Of a DNA stretch of 64,000 bases, positions 1 through 10,991 are shown piece after piece. Within the stretch, counting starts at the first letter, position 1. Each line of letters starts with the position of its first letter. This DNA is from SAR86 cluster bacterium SAR86A (GTDB taxonomy: Bacteria; Pseudomonadota; Gammaproteobacteria; Magnimaribacterales; D2472), in contig JH611156.1 of NCBI GenBank assembly GCA_000252525.1, positions 23,863-87,862 of the forward strand, given 5' to 3'. The notes under the pieces are model-generated. The model made no database searches, was not told the DNA's origin, and saw only the letters and a program-made list of their open reading frames with translations. A program made the translations under genes and the position numbers.

Positions 1-86
1 ATAGAAAATTTGGTTTGAGTCGAATCAAGTTAAGAGAAGCAGCAATGCGTGGCGACATTCCTGGATTAGTTAAATCAAGTTGGTAA
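1..86 (+). CDS. rpsN: 30S ribosomal protein S14 (C-terminal fragment; 5' end outside window)
   Basis: Frame 3 reads RKFGLSRIKLREAAMRGDIPGLVKSSW then TAA at 84-86, the conserved S14 C-terminus. It lies directly upstream of rpsH, as in the spc operon. Confidence 0.85.
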   Translation, partial: RKFGLSRIKLREAAMRGDIPGLVKSSW

Positions 87-93
87 AAATATT

Positions 94-489
94 ATGAGTT
101 TTCAAGATCCTATATCAGACTGTCTAACAAGAATACGCAACGGATTAATGCGCGGTAAAACTCACGTTCAAGTTCCTTATTCAAAGCTAAAACATGATTT
201 GGTAGATGTGCTAGTCTCAGAGGGCTATCTAAAATCTTGCAGTAAAACTGAATTAGACGATAAGCCAGTTATCGAAGTTGAGCTTAAATACCATAATTCA
301 GAACCAGTAATAAAAGAGCTTAAAAGGATTAGCAAACCAAGCCTTAGAAAATATAGTGCTGCTTCAAGCCTTGAATCTGTAAAAGGAGGACTTGGCTCTT
401 TCATCCTTTCAACTAATCAAGGCTTAATGACTGATAGGGATGCAAAAGCTAAAAATGTTGGCGGCGAGATTTTGTGTGAGGTATTTTAA
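94..489 (+). CDS. rpsH: 30S ribosomal protein S8
   Basis: 131 aa. The N-terminus MSFQDPISDCLTRIRNG matches the S8 signature, and the spc operon position fits. Confidence 0.97.
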   Translation: MSFQDPISDCLTRIRNGLMRGKTHVQVPYSKLKHDLVDVLVSEGYLKSCSKTELDDKPVIEVELKYHNSEPVIKELKRISKPSLRKYSAASSLESVKGGLGSFILSTNQGLMTDRDAKAKNVGGEILCEVF

Positions 490-1037
490 TGTCTAGAGTT
501 GCAAAAAATCCTATAAAAATTGTCGATGGTGTCAATGTTACAGTTGAAGGCAATTTAGTCACTGTTAAAGGCTCTAAAGGGGAGCTAGAGTTCGAAATGA
601 CAGAATCTATTTCATTAAATATTGCTGAAGACACAATAACAGTTGGCTATGATGAGAATATTCAACAATCTATTGCTTTAGCAGGAACCACTAGATCAAT
701 CGTAAATAACATGATTATTGGTGTTTCCGAGGGTTTTGAGAAAAAACTTGAGCTTATTGGAGTAGGATATAGAGCAAAAGCTTCTGGAAAGCTTCTTGAG
801 CTAACTCTAGGTTTTTCACATCCCATTAAATATCAATTGCCTCCAGAGGTAGAAGTTGAAACTCCATCACAAACGGAAGTTGTTCTTAAAAGTCACAACA
901 AACAAATACTTGGTCAAGCTGCGGCTGAGATAAGAGCCTTTAGACCACCTGAACCATATAAAGGCAAGGGTGTGAGGTATGCAGATGAACAAGTTAAGCG
1001 TAAAGAAGCTAAAAAAGCTGCTGGAGCAGGGGCTTAA
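489..1037 (+). CDS. rplF: 50S ribosomal protein L6
   Basis: 182 aa starting MSRVAKNPI. The ATG overlaps the rpsH stop (TAATG), and the S8-L6-L18-S5 order is conserved. Confidence 0.97.
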   Translation: MSRVAKNPIKIVDGVNVTVEGNLVTVKGSKGELEFEMTESISLNIAEDTITVGYDENIQQSIALAGTTRSIVNNMIIGVSEGFEKKLELIGVGYRAKASGKLLELTLGFSHPIKYQLPPEVEVETPSQTEVVLKSHNKQILGQAAAEIRAFRPPEPYKGKGVRYADEQVKRKEAKKAAGAGA

Positions 1038-1039
1038 AA

Positions 1040-1387
1040 ATGAGTGAAAAGAATATTTCAAGAATTAGAAGAGCAAAAAAATCTAGAATTCATATTAGAG
1101 ATCAAGAATCACCAAGATTAACTGTTTTTAGATCGTCTAAACATTTTTATGCTCAAATCTTTGATAGCTTGGGAGCTAAAGTAATTGTTTCAGCATCAAC
1201 TGTCGAAAAGGATTTAAAGATAGATGCTAATAATGTTGCTGGTGCAAAAGAAGTTGGTAAAAGAGTCGCAGAAAGAGCTCTTGAAAATGGAATTAAGAAA
1301 GTTGTATTTGATAGGTCTGGATATAAGTATCATGGTCGCATAAAAGCTTTAGCAGATTCAGCGAGAGATGCAGGCTTGGAGTTTTAA
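1040..1387 (+). CDS. rplR: 50S ribosomal protein L18
   Basis: 115 aa with a basic N-terminus (RIRRAKKSR) and C-terminal YHGRIKALADSARDAGLEF, typical of L18. Confidence 0.96.
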   Translation: MSEKNISRIRRAKKSRIHIRDQESPRLTVFRSSKHFYAQIFDSLGAKVIVSASTVEKDLKIDANNVAGAKEVGKRVAERALENGIKKVVFDRSGYKYHGRIKALADSARDAGLEF

Positions 1388-1390
1388 TTT

Positions 1391-1900
1391 ATGAAAGAAG
1401 AAAACACAATGACTAATCAACAGGTTGATGCCTTGGAAGAAAAATTAGTCCAGGTTAATAGAGTCGCAAAAGTTGTGAAAGGTGGAAGAATTTTTGGATT
1501 CACTGCGCTAACAGTTGTTGGCGATGGTAATGGCAGAGTTGGATTTGGAAGAGGTAAAGCCAAAGAAGTTCCTATAGCTATTCAGAAAGCCATGGAAAAT
1601 GCTAGAAGAAGTATGGTAGAAGTTGAGTTAAACAACACTACTTTATGGTATCCAATAAAAGCAAAACATGGTTCTGCTAACGTATATATGCAACCAGCTT
1701 CTGAAGGTACAGGGATTATTGCTGGTGGTGCTATGAGAGCTGTGCTTGAATTAGCAGGTGTTCAAAATGTTCTTGCCAAATGTTATGGATCTACAAATCC
1801 AGTTAATGTGGTTAGGGCAACAATTAATGCATTAAGTTCAATGGAGTCACCTGAGACAGTAGCCTCAAGAAGAGGTAAGAAAGTAGAAGAAATATCATGA
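1391..1900 (+). CDS. rpsE: 30S ribosomal protein S5
   Basis: 169 aa containing [32 protein letters not shown] and [23 protein letters not shown] lies about 10 nt upstream of the ATG. Confidence 0.96.
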   Translation: MKEENTMTNQQVDALEEKLVQVNRVAKVVKGGRIFGFTALTVVGDGNGRVGFGRGKAKEVPIAIQKAMENARRSMVEVELNNTTLWYPIKAKHGSANVYMQPASEGTGIIAGGAMRAVLELAGVQNVLAKCYGSTNPVNVVRATINALSSMESPETVASRRGKKVEEIS

Positions 1901-2085
1901 GTAAAGCAGAGACTATAACAATTAAGCTTGTAAAAAGTGGAATAGGGCGGATGAAAAATCACAAATTGTGCATAAAAGGTCTTGGCATAAAAAAACTTAA
2001 CCAGACTGTCACAGTTCTAGATACTCCAAGCAATAGAGGGATGATAAACAAGATTTCAGACATGTTAGAAATTATTGAGAATTAA
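1897..2085 (+). CDS. rpmD: 50S ribosomal protein L30
   Basis: 62 aa. ATGA overlap with rpsE, positioned between S5 and L15. Confidence 0.93.
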   Translation: MSKAETITIKLVKSGIGRMKNHKLCIKGLGIKKLNQTVTVLDTPSNRGMINKISDMLEIIEN

Positions 2086-2086
2086 G

Positions 2087-2590
2087 ATGAGTGAAGAAGC
2101 TACAAATAATATGAACTTAAATACTCTTTCGAATACTGGAACAGCTCAGAACAGGAAAAGAGTTGGTAGGGGTATTGGTTCAGGAACTGGTAAAACTGCT
2201 GGAAGAGGTCATAAAGGTCAGAAATCTAGATCTGGTGGTAACGTAAGACTTGGATTTGAAGGTGGACAAATGCCGCTTCAAATGAGGTTACCCAAATTTG
2301 GTTTTACATCCAGAGTTAACAATTCTTTTAAAGAGGTTAACGTCAAAAACTTAGAAGGAATGAAAGTAGTTAGCTTACAAACACTAAAAGACAATAAACT
2401 GATTGCTAAATCAGTCAAAAAAGTAAAAATTTTTGGTAATACTGAAATTGAATCTAAGATTACAGTGGAAGGCATCCCATTAACAAAAGGTGCAAAGGCT
2501 TCTATTGAAAAAGCTGGAGGCAAAATTGTTGCTGCCTCAACAAAGAACGATAAACCGAAAACTCAATCAAAGAAAGAGGATTCTGAATAG
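2087..2590 (+). CDS. rplO: 50S ribosomal protein L15
   Basis: Contains GRGIGSGTGKTAGRGHKGQKSRSGG. The start is ambiguous: TTG 2075, ATG 2087, or ATG 2111. The ATG at 2111 gives MNLNTLS, which aligns with E. coli MRLNTLS. Confidence 0.9.
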   Translation: MSEEATNNMNLNTLSNTGTAQNRKRVGRGIGSGTGKTAGRGHKGQKSRSGGNVRLGFEGGQMPLQMRLPKFGFTSRVNNSFKEVNVKNLEGMKVVSLQTLKDNKLIAKSVKKVKIFGNTEIESKITVEGIPLTKGAKASIEKAGGKIVAASTKNDKPKTQSKKEDSE

Positions 2591-2592
2591 TT

Positions 2593-3894
2593 ATGGTTGA
2601 TCAAGGAAACAACATGAGTGATCTTTGGAAACGGTTAAGATTCGTTTTTATTGCAATTCTTGTATATAGAATTGGAACTCATATCCCAATACCTGGCATA
2701 GATCCTGACAGACTTGCTGCTCTTTTTGAACAAAATCAGGGAACTATCATTGAAATGTTTAATTTGTTTTCTGGTGGAGCACTGGAAAGGATGAGTATAT
2801 TTGCTCTTAACGTTGTACCTTATATTTCGTCTGCAATTATCATGCAGCTTTTTTCTAATTCTATTCCTTACCTTCAAGAATTAAAGAAAGATGGGCAAGC
2901 TGGAAGAAATGCAATTACTCAATACACAAGATACGGTACAGCTGTGTTGGCATTTATTCAGGCATCCGCACTGGCAGTAACTTTATCTGCAAGCGGTCTT
3001 GCATATGTACCTGGACCGTCCTTCTTTGTATCTGCTGTATTTTCTGTTGTAGCAGGGACTATGTTCCTTATGTGGTTGGGTGAACAAGTTTCTGAGAGAG
3101 GAATTGGTAACGGTATTTCAATAATCATTGCGACAAGTATTTTAACTGGCATACCAGGAGCAATAGGACAGGCTTTAGAGCAGTCAAGACAAGGCGATCT
3201 TAGTATTTTATTACTCATAGGCATAGGATTATTGTCTATGGCAGTAATTGCAGTAGTTGTTTTCATTGAGAGGGGTCAGAGAAGAATAACAGTAAACTAT
3301 GCCCAAAGACAGCAAGGCAGAAGAATGATGCAAGCTCAAACTAGCCATTTACCCTTCAAAGTAAATATGGCAGGTGTTATCCCAGCAATATTTGCAAGCA
3401 CCTTCCTGCTATTTCCTGCATCTTTATCGACATGGTTTGGCGAGAATGAGTCCTTAAGTTTTTTACAAAGTTTCTCATTGGCTTTAAATCCTGGACAACC
3501 TCTTTATATATTAGTTTTTGCAGGTCTAATCATAAGCTTCTGTTTTATTTGGTTGGCTCTAACATTTAATACAAAAGATGTCTCAGATAACCTTAAGAGA
3601 TCTGGTGCATATATCGCAGGTATAAGACCAGGAGAACAAACAGCTAATTATATTGACTCAGTTTTAGCAAGACTTACTGTATTTGGAGCAATTTATTTAA
3701 CTCTAATTTGTTTATTACCATTGGCACTCATTAATTTTGCAGGCATTTCACCTACTATTTCAGTTGGAGGAACATCTGTGCTAATTATTGTTGTTGTGTT
3801 GATGGACTTTATGGCTCAGGTTCAGTCACACATGATGTCATCTCAATACGCATCGTTAATGAAAAAAGCAAATATCAAAAATTATAGAAGGTAG
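2593..3894 (+). CDS. secY: Preprotein translocase subunit SecY
   Basis: 433-aa polytopic membrane protein lying between rplO and rpmJ. The N-terminal motif [15 protein letters not shown] is present. Confidence 0.97.
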   Translation: MVDQGNNMSDLWKRLRFVFIAILVYRIGTHIPIPGIDPDRLAALFEQNQGTIIEMFNLFSGGALERMSIFALNVVPYISSAIIMQLFSNSIPYLQELKKDGQAGRNAITQYTRYGTAVLAFIQASALAVTLSASGLAYVPGPSFFVSAVFSVVAGTMFLMWLGEQVSERGIGNGISIIIATSILTGIPGAIGQALEQSRQGDLSILLLIGIGLLSMAVIAVVVFIERGQRRITVNYAQRQQGRRMMQAQTSHLPFKVNMAGVIPAIFASTFLLFPASLSTWFGENESLSFLQSFSLALNPGQPLYILVFAGLIISFCFIWLALTFNTKDVSDNLKRSGAYIAGIRPGEQTANYIDSVLARLTVFGAIYLTLICLLPLALINFAGISPTISVGGTSVLIIVVVLMDFMAQVQSHMMSSQYASLMKKANIKNYRR

Positions 3895-3895
3895 T

Positions 3896-4012
3896 ATGAA
3901 AGTTAAAGCATCAGTAAAGAAAATCTGTAGAAATTGCAAAATTGTAAGAAGAAAGGGCGTTTTGTACGTAATCTGCAGCTCAGACCCTAAACATAAACAG
4001 AGGCAAGGTTAA
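3896..4012 (+). CDS. rpmJ: 50S ribosomal protein L36
   Basis: Not in the supplied track because it is under 60 aa. The ATG is 1 nt after the secY stop. It translates to [38 protein letters not shown] (38 aa) with the C-x2-C...C...H zinc pattern of L36. Confidence 0.93.
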   Translation: MKVKASVKKICRNCKIVRRKGVLYVICSSDPKHKQRQG

Positions 4013-4015
4013 ACT

Positions 4016-4372
4016 ATGGCAAGGATAGCAGGAGTAAACATTCCAGAAAATAAGCACGTTGAGATTTCATTAACTCACATATTTGGTATAGGAAGAAAAA
4101 CAGCTCAAAACATATGTCTTGATCTCAAGATAGACTATACAAGAAAAATCTCAGACTTATCTGAAGATGAAATTGAAAGCATAAGAAATGCAGTATCAAC
4201 TTATGTTGTTGAGGGTGACTTGAGAAGAAATATAAGTACAAACATCAAAAGATTACAGGATTTGGCTAGTTATAGGGGAATAAGACATAGAAGAAAACTT
4301 CCAACTAGAGGTCAAAATACAAAAAATAATGCTAGAACAAGAAAAGGCCCTAAAAAGCCGATGAGAGGTTAA
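4016..4372 (+). CDS. rpsM: 30S ribosomal protein S13
   Basis: 118 aa starting [10 protein letters not shown], with a basic C-terminal tail. Confidence 0.97.
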   Translation: MARIAGVNIPENKHVEISLTHIFGIGRKTAQNICLDLKIDYTRKISDLSEDEIESIRNAVSTYVVEGDLRRNISTNIKRLQDLASYRGIRHRRKLPTRGQNTKNNARTRKGPKKPMRG

Positions 4373-4374
4373 AT

Positions 4375-4752
4375 ATGGCAGCAAAAGGTAAAAAAAATAA
4401 AAAAGTTGTAACAGATGGAGTGGCTCATATCCACTCATCTTTCAATAATACAATTGTTACTATTACTGACAAACAGGGAAATACAATATGTTGGGCAACT
4501 TCAGGTGGGAGTGGTTTTAAAGGCTCAAGAAAAAGCACACCTTTCGCTGCCCAAATTGCAGCCGATAAGGCTGGAAATGCAGCAAAAGAATTTGGAATGA
4601 TAAATTTAGATGTAAAAGTAAAAGGTCCTGGTGGAGGAAGAGAGTCTGCTATAAGGTCTTTAAATGCATGTGGACTTAAGATTAAAAGTATTACTGATGT
4701 TACACCATTGCCTCACAATGGTTGTAGACCATCTAAAAAACGAAGAGTTTAA
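4375..4752 (+). CDS. rpsK: 30S ribosomal protein S11
   Basis: 125 aa containing [18 protein letters not shown] and [14 protein letters not shown]. Confidence 0.97.
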   Translation: MAAKGKKNKKVVTDGVAHIHSSFNNTIVTITDKQGNTICWATSGGSGFKGSRKSTPFAAQIAADKAGNAAKEFGMINLDVKVKGPGGGRESAIRSLNACGLKIKSITDVTPLPHNGCRPSKKRRV

Positions 4753-4763
4753 CGGAGATACAA

Positions 4764-5384
4764 ATGGCTAGATATAGAGGACCATCATTAAGATTATCGA
4801 GAAGAGAAGGCACAGATCTTTATTTGAAGAGTGGGGTTAGAGCAATTGAATCAAAATGTAATATGGATACTCAACCAGGTGTTCATGGAGCGAGAAGAGG
4901 AAGACTATCTGACTATGGACTTCAATTAAGAGAAAAACAAAAAGTTAGAAGAATGTATGGTGTTTTGGAAAAACAATTTAGAAACTATTATAAAAAAGCT
5001 GCATCTTCAAAAGGCAACACAGGTGAAAATCTGCTATCCCTCTTAGAAAAAAGACTTGATAACGTTGTATACAGAATGGGTTTTGGATCAACGAGAGCAG
5101 AGGCAAGACAAATGGTTTCTCATAAAGCTTTCATGGTAAATGGTAAGGTTGTTAACATTCCATCATATCAAGTTCAAGCTGGTGACGAAATTGAAGTAAG
5201 AGAGTCAAAAAAAGGCCATTTAAGAATTGCAGCTGCATTAAAAATAGCATCTACAAGAGAAGATTGTGATTGGTTGGAAGTAGATGAACAAAATTTAAAA
5301 GGGGTATTTAAATCGGTTCCAGATAGAACTGATTTAAGTACAGAAATTAACGAAAATCTTATTGTTGAGCTTTACTCAAAATAA
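4764..5384 (+). CDS. rpsD: 30S ribosomal protein S4
   Basis: 206 aa starting [16 protein letters not shown]. An S4 RNA-binding domain is present. Confidence 0.97.
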   Translation: MARYRGPSLRLSRREGTDLYLKSGVRAIESKCNMDTQPGVHGARRGRLSDYGLQLREKQKVRRMYGVLEKQFRNYYKKAASSKGNTGENLLSLLEKRLDNVVYRMGFGSTRAEARQMVSHKAFMVNGKVVNIPSYQVQAGDEIEVRESKKGHLRIAAALKIASTREDCDWLEVDEQNLKGVFKSVPDRTDLSTEINENLIVELYSK

Positions 5385-5403
5385 CATAAAGGCGGAGAAT
5401 ATT

Positions 5404-6369
5404 ATGCAAACATCAGTAATTGATTTACTAGTACCTACTGAGATACAAGTTGATGACGTGTCACCAACTTTATCAAAAGTAACTTTGGAACCTCTCGAGA
5501 GAGGTTTTGGCCATACTTTAGGTAACGCCCTGAGAAGAATTCTTTTATCTTCTATGCCCGGAGCAGCCGTGACAGATGTGGCTATAGAGGGTATTTCACA
5601 TGAATATAGTACCATCGAAGGTATCAGAGAAGACGTAATAGATATTCTTTTAAATATTAAAGACATGCCTATTAATTTAATTGAAGGAGATTCAGCTGAA
5701 GTTACTCTTGATGTGACCGGTCCATGTGATGTTCTTGCTTCTTCTTTTGATGCTCCTGGAAATGTTGAATTAGTTGACCAAGACTTTCACGTAGCTACTA
5801 TTGTAGACAAGGTTAGTTTAAAAATGACTCTTACGGTAAAAACTGGAAGAGGATATGAGCCAGCTGATTTGAGAGATGATGAAGACAGGGTTGTAGGTGC
5901 TCTTAAAGTAGATGCCTCATATAGTCCTGTAAGAAGAGTATCTTATACTGTTGATAATGCTAGATTTGGCAAAAGAACTGACTTAGACAAACTAGTCGTT
6001 GAATTAGAAACGGATGGAACGCTTGATCCAAAAATGGCTATTGAGCATTCAGCAACAATTCTCCAACAGCAATTAAGTGCTTTCGTTGATTTGGATGCTA
6101 TTGCAGAACAGGAAGCCAAGAAAGATCAAAATGATTTTGATCCAATCCTTCTTAGATCAATTGAAGAACTTGAGCTCACAGTTAGATCTACAAATTGTTT
6201 GAAAGCAGAAAGCATATTTTTAATTGGTGATCTTATTCATAGATCAGAATTCGATTTGCTTAAGACTCCAAATTTAGGAAAGAAATCATTAAATGAGATC
6301 AAAGATGTTTTAGCATCAAAAGAATTATCTCTTGGAATGAATGTAGAAAACTGGCCTCCAGTAGGATAA
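5404..6369 (+). CDS. rpoA: DNA-directed RNA polymerase subunit alpha
   Basis: The track ORF starts inside rpsD. I trimmed it to ATG 5404 (MQTSVIDLL), which is preceded by GGAG at 5394-5397. The protein has an alpha NTD ([18 protein letters not shown]) and a CTD ([12 protein letters not shown]). Confidence 0.95.
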   Translation: MQTSVIDLLVPTEIQVDDVSPTLSKVTLEPLERGFGHTLGNALRRILLSSMPGAAVTDVAIEGISHEYSTIEGIREDVIDILLNIKDMPINLIEGDSAEVTLDVTGPCDVLASSFDAPGNVELVDQDFHVATIVDKVSLKMTLTVKTGRGYEPADLRDDEDRVVGALKVDASYSPVRRVSYTVDNARFGKRTDLDKLVVELETDGTLDPKMAIEHSATILQQQLSAFVDLDAIAEQEAKKDQNDFDPILLRSIEELELTVRSTNCLKAESIFLIGDLIHRSEFDLLKTPNLGKKSLNEIKDVLASKELSLGMNVENWPPVG

Positions 6370-6372
6370 AAA

Positions 6373-6783
6373 ATGAGACATAGAAAATCTGGAAGAAAAC
6401 TTAATAGAAATTCAGCCCACAGAAAGGCTTTATTTAAAAATCTTGCAATTGCCTTAATTGAACAAGAGATTATTAAGACAACACTTCCAAAGGCAAAAGA
6501 GCTCAGAAAATTCATAGAGCCTCTTATTACTAGAGCAAAAGATGACTCTGTTGCTAATAGAAGACATGCTTTCAACAAATTAAGATCTGATAGCGCTGTA
6601 GCAAAACTTTTTAGTGAAGTGGCAGTAAATTCAAAAGATCGAAATGGTGGATATACCAGAATTATCAAAGCAGGTTTTAGGGCAGGAGATAAAGCAGATA
6701 TGGCATATATCGAGCTTGTTGACAGAGTTTTAGATTCTGATGACTTGGATCAAACTAATCCAGAAGAAGAATCAGCTGCTTAA
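6373..6783 (+). CDS. rplQ: 50S ribosomal protein L17
   Basis: 136 aa starting [19 protein letters not shown]. It is the last gene of the alpha operon. Confidence 0.97.
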   Translation: MRHRKSGRKLNRNSAHRKALFKNLAIALIEQEIIKTTLPKAKELRKFIEPLITRAKDDSVANRRHAFNKLRSDSAVAKLFSEVAVNSKDRNGGYTRIIKAGFRAGDKADMAYIELVDRVLDSDDLDQTNPEEESAA

Positions 6784-9599
6784 GATAAAATTGGCTTTAA
6801 AAATTTTCCGGTAAAAGATTCTTTCACTTTTGAAACTTCTTCAGGAGTTCCTTCAGCTACAATCCTGCCACCGTCACTGCCGCCCTCTGGACCAAGATCG
6901 ATAATCCAGTCAGCTGTCTTAATTACGTCAAGATTATGCTCAATAACAACAACGGTATTGCCCTGATCTTTAAGTCTATTTAAAACATTCAAAAGTAGCT
7001 CAATGTCTGCAAAATGTAACCCAGTTGTTGGTTCATCTAATATAAACAAAGTTTTACCCGTACTTCTTTTAGATAATTCTTTAGCAAGCTTGATTCTTTG
7101 AGCTTCTCCTCCAGAAAGAGTCAAAGCAGATTGACCTAGCGTTATATATCCCAGACCTACGTCATTTAATGTTATCAATTTATTTTTAATTGAGGGATGT
7201 GCATCAAAAAACTCTAAAGCATCTTCAACAGTCATATTAAGAATATCACTTATATTTTTTTCTTTAAATTTTACTTCAAGGGTTTGATCGTTGTATCTAT
7301 TACCATCACAAATGTCGCACTTTACATAAACATCTGCCAGAAAATGCATTTCTACTTTGATCATTCCATCACCCTGACAAGCCTCACATCTTCCACCTTT
7401 AACATTAAAACTAAATCTTCCTGGCTTATATCCTCTTGATCTAGCTTCGACTGTTTGTGATAGAAGATCACGGATATGTGAAAATAATCCAGTATAAGTT
7501 GCTGGATTTGACCTTGGAGTTCTTCCTATTGGTGACTGATCAATATTTATTACCTTATCTAAATGATCCAGACCTTCTATTTTTTCACATTTAACCTCTT
7601 TTGATAGCTTTGCTTTATTAAGTAAAAATGAACTAATAGGTAATAATGTTTGATTGATAAGTGATGATTTTCCTGAACCAGACACACCGGTTACACAGGT
7701 AAATAATCCTACTGGTATATCGATATTTACATTACTAAGATTATTTTCGTGGGCATTGATGATTGTAATTTTTTTGGAATTGACCTTAGCTCTTTTTTTT
7801 GGAACTTTAATTTCTCTTTTGCCTGATAAGTACTTGGCTGTTATTGAGTCTTTATTTTTTAAAATAGCTTTAATATCACCCTGAGCACAGATCTTTCCTC
7901 CATGAACTCCAGCTCCTGGTCCAATATCTATAATATGATCGGCTGACCTTATTGCTTCCTCATCATGCTCAACTACAATTACAGTATTTCCTAATTCTTT
8001 TAGATTTTTGAGTGTTTTTATAAGTTTTGCATTATCTCTTTGATGTAATCCAATAGAGGGCTCATCTAGAACATAAGTTACACCTACAAGACCTGATCCT
8101 ATTTGACTAGCTAATCTTATTCTTTGTGCTTCACCACCTGATAACGTCTCAGCACTTCTATCGAGAGTCAAATAATTAAGGCCAACATCTTCAAGAAAAG
8201 TTAATCTATCAACTATTTCTTTTAGAATTTTTTCAGCAATTTTTTTCTTAGCTCCAGTTAGATTCATACCTTTAATGAATTTAAGAGAGTCATTTATCCT
8301 CATGCTGGTGATTTTATGTATTTGTGTTTTATTTATGAAAACGTTGCGTGAATAGTTATTTAGTCTTGATCCTGAACATTCATCACAAGAACTTTCAGAC
8401 ATTAATTTTGCTAATTCATTTCTGATGTATTCAGAATCTGTTTCCTTGAAACGCCTTTCTGTACTTGGAATTATTCCTTCAAAACGATGTTTCCTAACTA
8501 TTCTGCTGCCACTTCTAAAGCGATGTGAGAAATCAATCTTTTCTTTGGTACCCCACAAGATGATATCTTTAATTTTTTGAGGATAGTCTTTCCATTTTGT
8601 CGTTAGAGTAAAGTCGTAATGATTTGCAAGGCATCTTAATTGATAATAATAAAATCTATTTCTTCTAGTCCAACCCTTTATTGCTCCGTTTGCTATTGAG
8701 ACCTCATCATCTTGAATAAGTCTTTTTTCATTGAAGAATTGAATTACTCCTAGTCCATCACATTTTGTACAAGCACCATATGGATTGTTAAACGAAAACA
8801 TTCTCGGCTCAAGTTCTGGAACAGCATAACCACATTGAGAACATGAAAAGTTAGACGAATATAGAGTTATCTCATTTTTGTCCATATTTTCAACCTCAAT
8901 AAGGCCTTCAGATAGCAGTAAAGAGGTTTCTATAGATTCTGATATTCTTGATCTTATATCATCACTCTTTTTAATTACCAATCTATCGATTACTGCTGCA
9001 ATATCATGTTTTTTATTTTTATCTAGGTCTGGAAATTCTTCCATTGGATATACTGTTCCATTTACTTTTACACGAACATATCCACTCTTTCGTAATTCTT
9101 CATATATTCCCAGATGTTCGCCTTTTTTCCCTCTTACAACTGGAGCAAGGAGCATGATTTTTGTATTCTCTTTTATTTTAAGAATTTCATCACAAATTTC
9201 TGAGACTGTTTTTGCTTTTAACTCTTCACCATGATCTGGACAAACCGGTGTACCAATTCTTGAAAATAGTAATCTTAAATAATCATATACTTCCGTAACA
9301 GTTCCAACTGTTGATCTTGGGTTATGAGAAGTTGCTTTTTGTTCAATTGATATAGCCGGTGATAAACCTTCAATTTGATCGACGTCAGGTTTTTCCATCA
9401 TTGATAGGAATCTTCTAGCATAGGTTGATAGAGACTCTACATATCTGCGCTGACCTTCTGCATAAAGAGTATCAAAAGCGAGTGATGACTTTCCAGACCC
9501 AGACAAACCAGTTATTACAATGATTTTATTTCTTGGTATCTCAAGACTTATGTTTTTTAAATTATGCGTCCTGGCACCTTTGATATAAATACTATCCAT
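6780..9599 (-). CDS. uvrA: Excinuclease ABC subunit A
   Basis: 939 aa with two ABC modules ([24 protein letters not shown]; LSGGEAQR twice) and Cys-rich zinc modules. Confidence 0.97.
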   Translation of the reverse strand: MDSIYIKGARTHNLKNISLEIPRNKIIVITGLSGSGKSSLAFDTLYAEGQRRYVESLSTYARRFLSMMEKPDVDQIEGLSPAISIEQKATSHNPRSTVGTVTEVYDYLRLLFSRIGTPVCPDHGEELKAKTVSEICDEILKIKENTKIMLLAPVVRGKKGEHLGIYEELRKSGYVRVKVNGTVYPMEEFPDLDKNKKHDIAAVIDRLVIKKSDDIRSRISESIETSLLLSEGLIEVENMDKNEITLYSSNFSCSQCGYAVPELEPRMFSFNNPYGACTKCDGLGVIQFFNEKRLIQDDEVSIANGAIKGWTRRNRFYYYQLRCLANHYDFTLTTKWKDYPQKIKDIILWGTKEKIDFSHRFRSGSRIVRKHRFEGIIPSTERRFKETDSEYIRNELAKLMSESSCDECSGSRLNNYSRNVFINKTQIHKITSMRINDSLKFIKGMNLTGAKKKIAEKILKEIVDRLTFLEDVGLNYLTLDRSAETLSGGEAQRIRLASQIGSGLVGVTYVLDEPSIGLHQRDNAKLIKTLKNLKELGNTVIVVEHDEEAIRSADHIIDIGPGAGVHGGKICAQGDIKAILKNKDSITAKYLSGKREIKVPKKRAKVNSKKITIINAHENNLSNVNIDIPVGLFTCVTGVSGSGKSSLINQTLLPISSFLLNKAKLSKEVKCEKIEGLDHLDKVINIDQSPIGRTPRSNPATYTGLFSHIRDLLSQTVEARSRGYKPGRFSFNVKGGRCEACQGDGMIKVEMHFLADVYVKCDICDGNRYNDQTLEVKFKEKNISDILNMTVEDALEFFDAHPSIKNKLITLNDVGLGYITLGQSALTLSGGEAQRIKLAKELSKRSTGKTLFILDEPTTGLHFADIELLLNVLNRLKDQGNTVVVIEHNLDVIKTADWIIDLGPEGGSDGGRIVAEGTPEEVSKVKESFTGKFLKPILS

Positions 9600-9667
9600 A
9601 TGAAAAAAAACTTCGTGATGAAAAAATTAAATTAGGTTAAACTTTTAACATATTATAAGAGGTAAAT

Positions 9668-10105
9668 ATGAGCAGAGGAGTAAATAAAGTAATTTTAGTA
9701 GGTAATTTAGGCCAAAAACCTGAAATGAGGTATACAGCGACTCAAACTGCTGTAGCAAACCTTTCAATTGCAACTACAGAATCTTGGAAAGATAAGGAAA
9801 GTGGAGAAAACAGAGATAAAACTGAATGGCACAGAGTAGTTTTTTTTGGAAACCTTGCTGAAATTGCTGAAAAATATCTTGATAAAGGCTCCAGTGTTTA
9901 TGTTGAAGGAAAAATTCAAACTAGAAAATGGCAAGACAAGGATGGCAATGATAGATGGACAACAGAAGTTTTAGGTAATCAACTTACTATGCTTGGCTCA
10001 CGAGGATCAAGTGATTCATCTATGCAAGATAATAGTTCTTCAGATACACCGTTCCCTGAGGATGATAGTGGTCCTGGTCTCACAGACGACGATATTCCTT
10101 TTTAA
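9668..10105 (+). CDS. ssb: Single-stranded DNA-binding protein
   Basis: 145 aa with an OB-fold N-terminus ([17 protein letters not shown]) and the acidic C-terminal tip DDDIPF. It is divergent from uvrA, as in E. coli. Confidence 0.96.
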   Translation: MSRGVNKVILVGNLGQKPEMRYTATQTAVANLSIATTESWKDKESGENRDKTEWHRVVFFGNLAEIAEKYLDKGSSVYVEGKIQTRKWQDKDGNDRWTTEVLGNQLTMLGSRGSSDSSMQDNSSSDTPFPEDDSGPGLTDDDIPF

Positions 10106-10113
10106 AATCAATC

Positions 10114-10989
10114 TTGATAAAAGAATATAAAACAATAACTCTTCAAGAGATTGATTCTATAGCAGTTCTTAAGCTAAACAGACCAGAAAAATTAAATGCA
10201 TTTAACATGCAAATGTTAGAAGATATTATGGATGCATTTGATGAAGTCGACAGAAATGATAATTTAAAGGCAATTATACTTTCTGGAGCTGGTAGAGCTT
10301 TTTGTGCTGGTGCTGATCTTTCAGCTGGTGACAAAACTTTTGATAAAAATTTTGATACAAGAGGCGAATTTGAAGAAGATTTTAGAAGAGATGCAGGCGG
10401 TATTTTAGTTCTTAGAATTTATAACTCATTGAAGCCTGTTATTGCAGCATGTAATGGTGACGCTGTGGGAGTTGGAGCTACAATGCAGCTTCCTGCTGAT
10501 ATAAGAATTGCTAAAAAATCAGCAAGATATGGATTTGTTTTTGCAAGAAGAGGCATTGTTCCTGATGGATGTGCAAGCTGGTTCCTGCCAAAGCTAGTTG
10601 GTATTTCAAAGTCACTCGAGCTTTGCTACTCAGGTGATCTTATATCTGCTGAGGAGGGATCGAAAATAGGATTAATAAATTATCTTATAGACGACGAGGA
10701 AAACATTATCGATGTGGCTATTGAGTTAGCTAAAAAAATGACAGAAAACTCATCTCAAGTCTCTGTAGCTATGACTAGGCATATGCTCTGGAGTTACTCA
10801 TCTGAAATAGATCCAGAAGAAGCTCATATTATGGAAAGCAAGCTTATCGATTCGAGGGGAGTGTCAGATGATGCCAAAGAGGGTGTCATGTCATTTTTAG
10901 AAAAAAGAAAACCTAAATTTAGCAACAAAGTTTCTGAAGATTTACCAAATTTTTTCCCATGGAGAAAGTCAAAATTTAAGGATAATTAA
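10114..10989 (+). CDS. Enoyl-CoA hydratase/isomerase (crotonase) family protein
   Basis: Crotonase motifs are present: LNRPEKLNAF and GAGRAFCAGADL. A TTG start is inferred because no in-frame ATG lies upstream of the conserved N-terminal strand. Confidence 0.85.
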   Translation: MIKEYKTITLQEIDSIAVLKLNRPEKLNAFNMQMLEDIMDAFDEVDRNDNLKAIILSGAGRAFCAGADLSAGDKTFDKNFDTRGEFEEDFRRDAGGILVLRIYNSLKPVIAACNGDAVGVGATMQLPADIRIAKKSARYGFVFARRGIVPDGCASWFLPKLVGISKSLELCYSGDLISAEEGSKIGLINYLIDDEENIIDVAIELAKKMTENSSQVSVAMTRHMLWSYSSEIDPEEAHIMESKLIDSRGVSDDAKEGVMSFLEKRKPKFSNKVSEDLPNFFPWRKSKFKDN

Positions 10990-10991
10990 CT

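Noticed and set aside
6237-6668. 143-aa minus-strand ORF antisense to the rpoA 3' end and rplQ. Similar long antisense ORFs occur at 59938-60390 (150 aa, in dapE), 60590-61015 (141 aa, in dapD), 47123-47497 (124 aa), 8878-9234 (118 aa), 35127-35468 (113 aa) and 54166-54501 (111 aa).
   Set aside because: All lie fully inside strongly conserved genes on the opposite strand. They have low-complexity, Ser/Leu/Ile-rich translations with no recognisable motifs. They look like shadow frames generated by the codon periodicity of the real gene, and there is no independent start or SD context.
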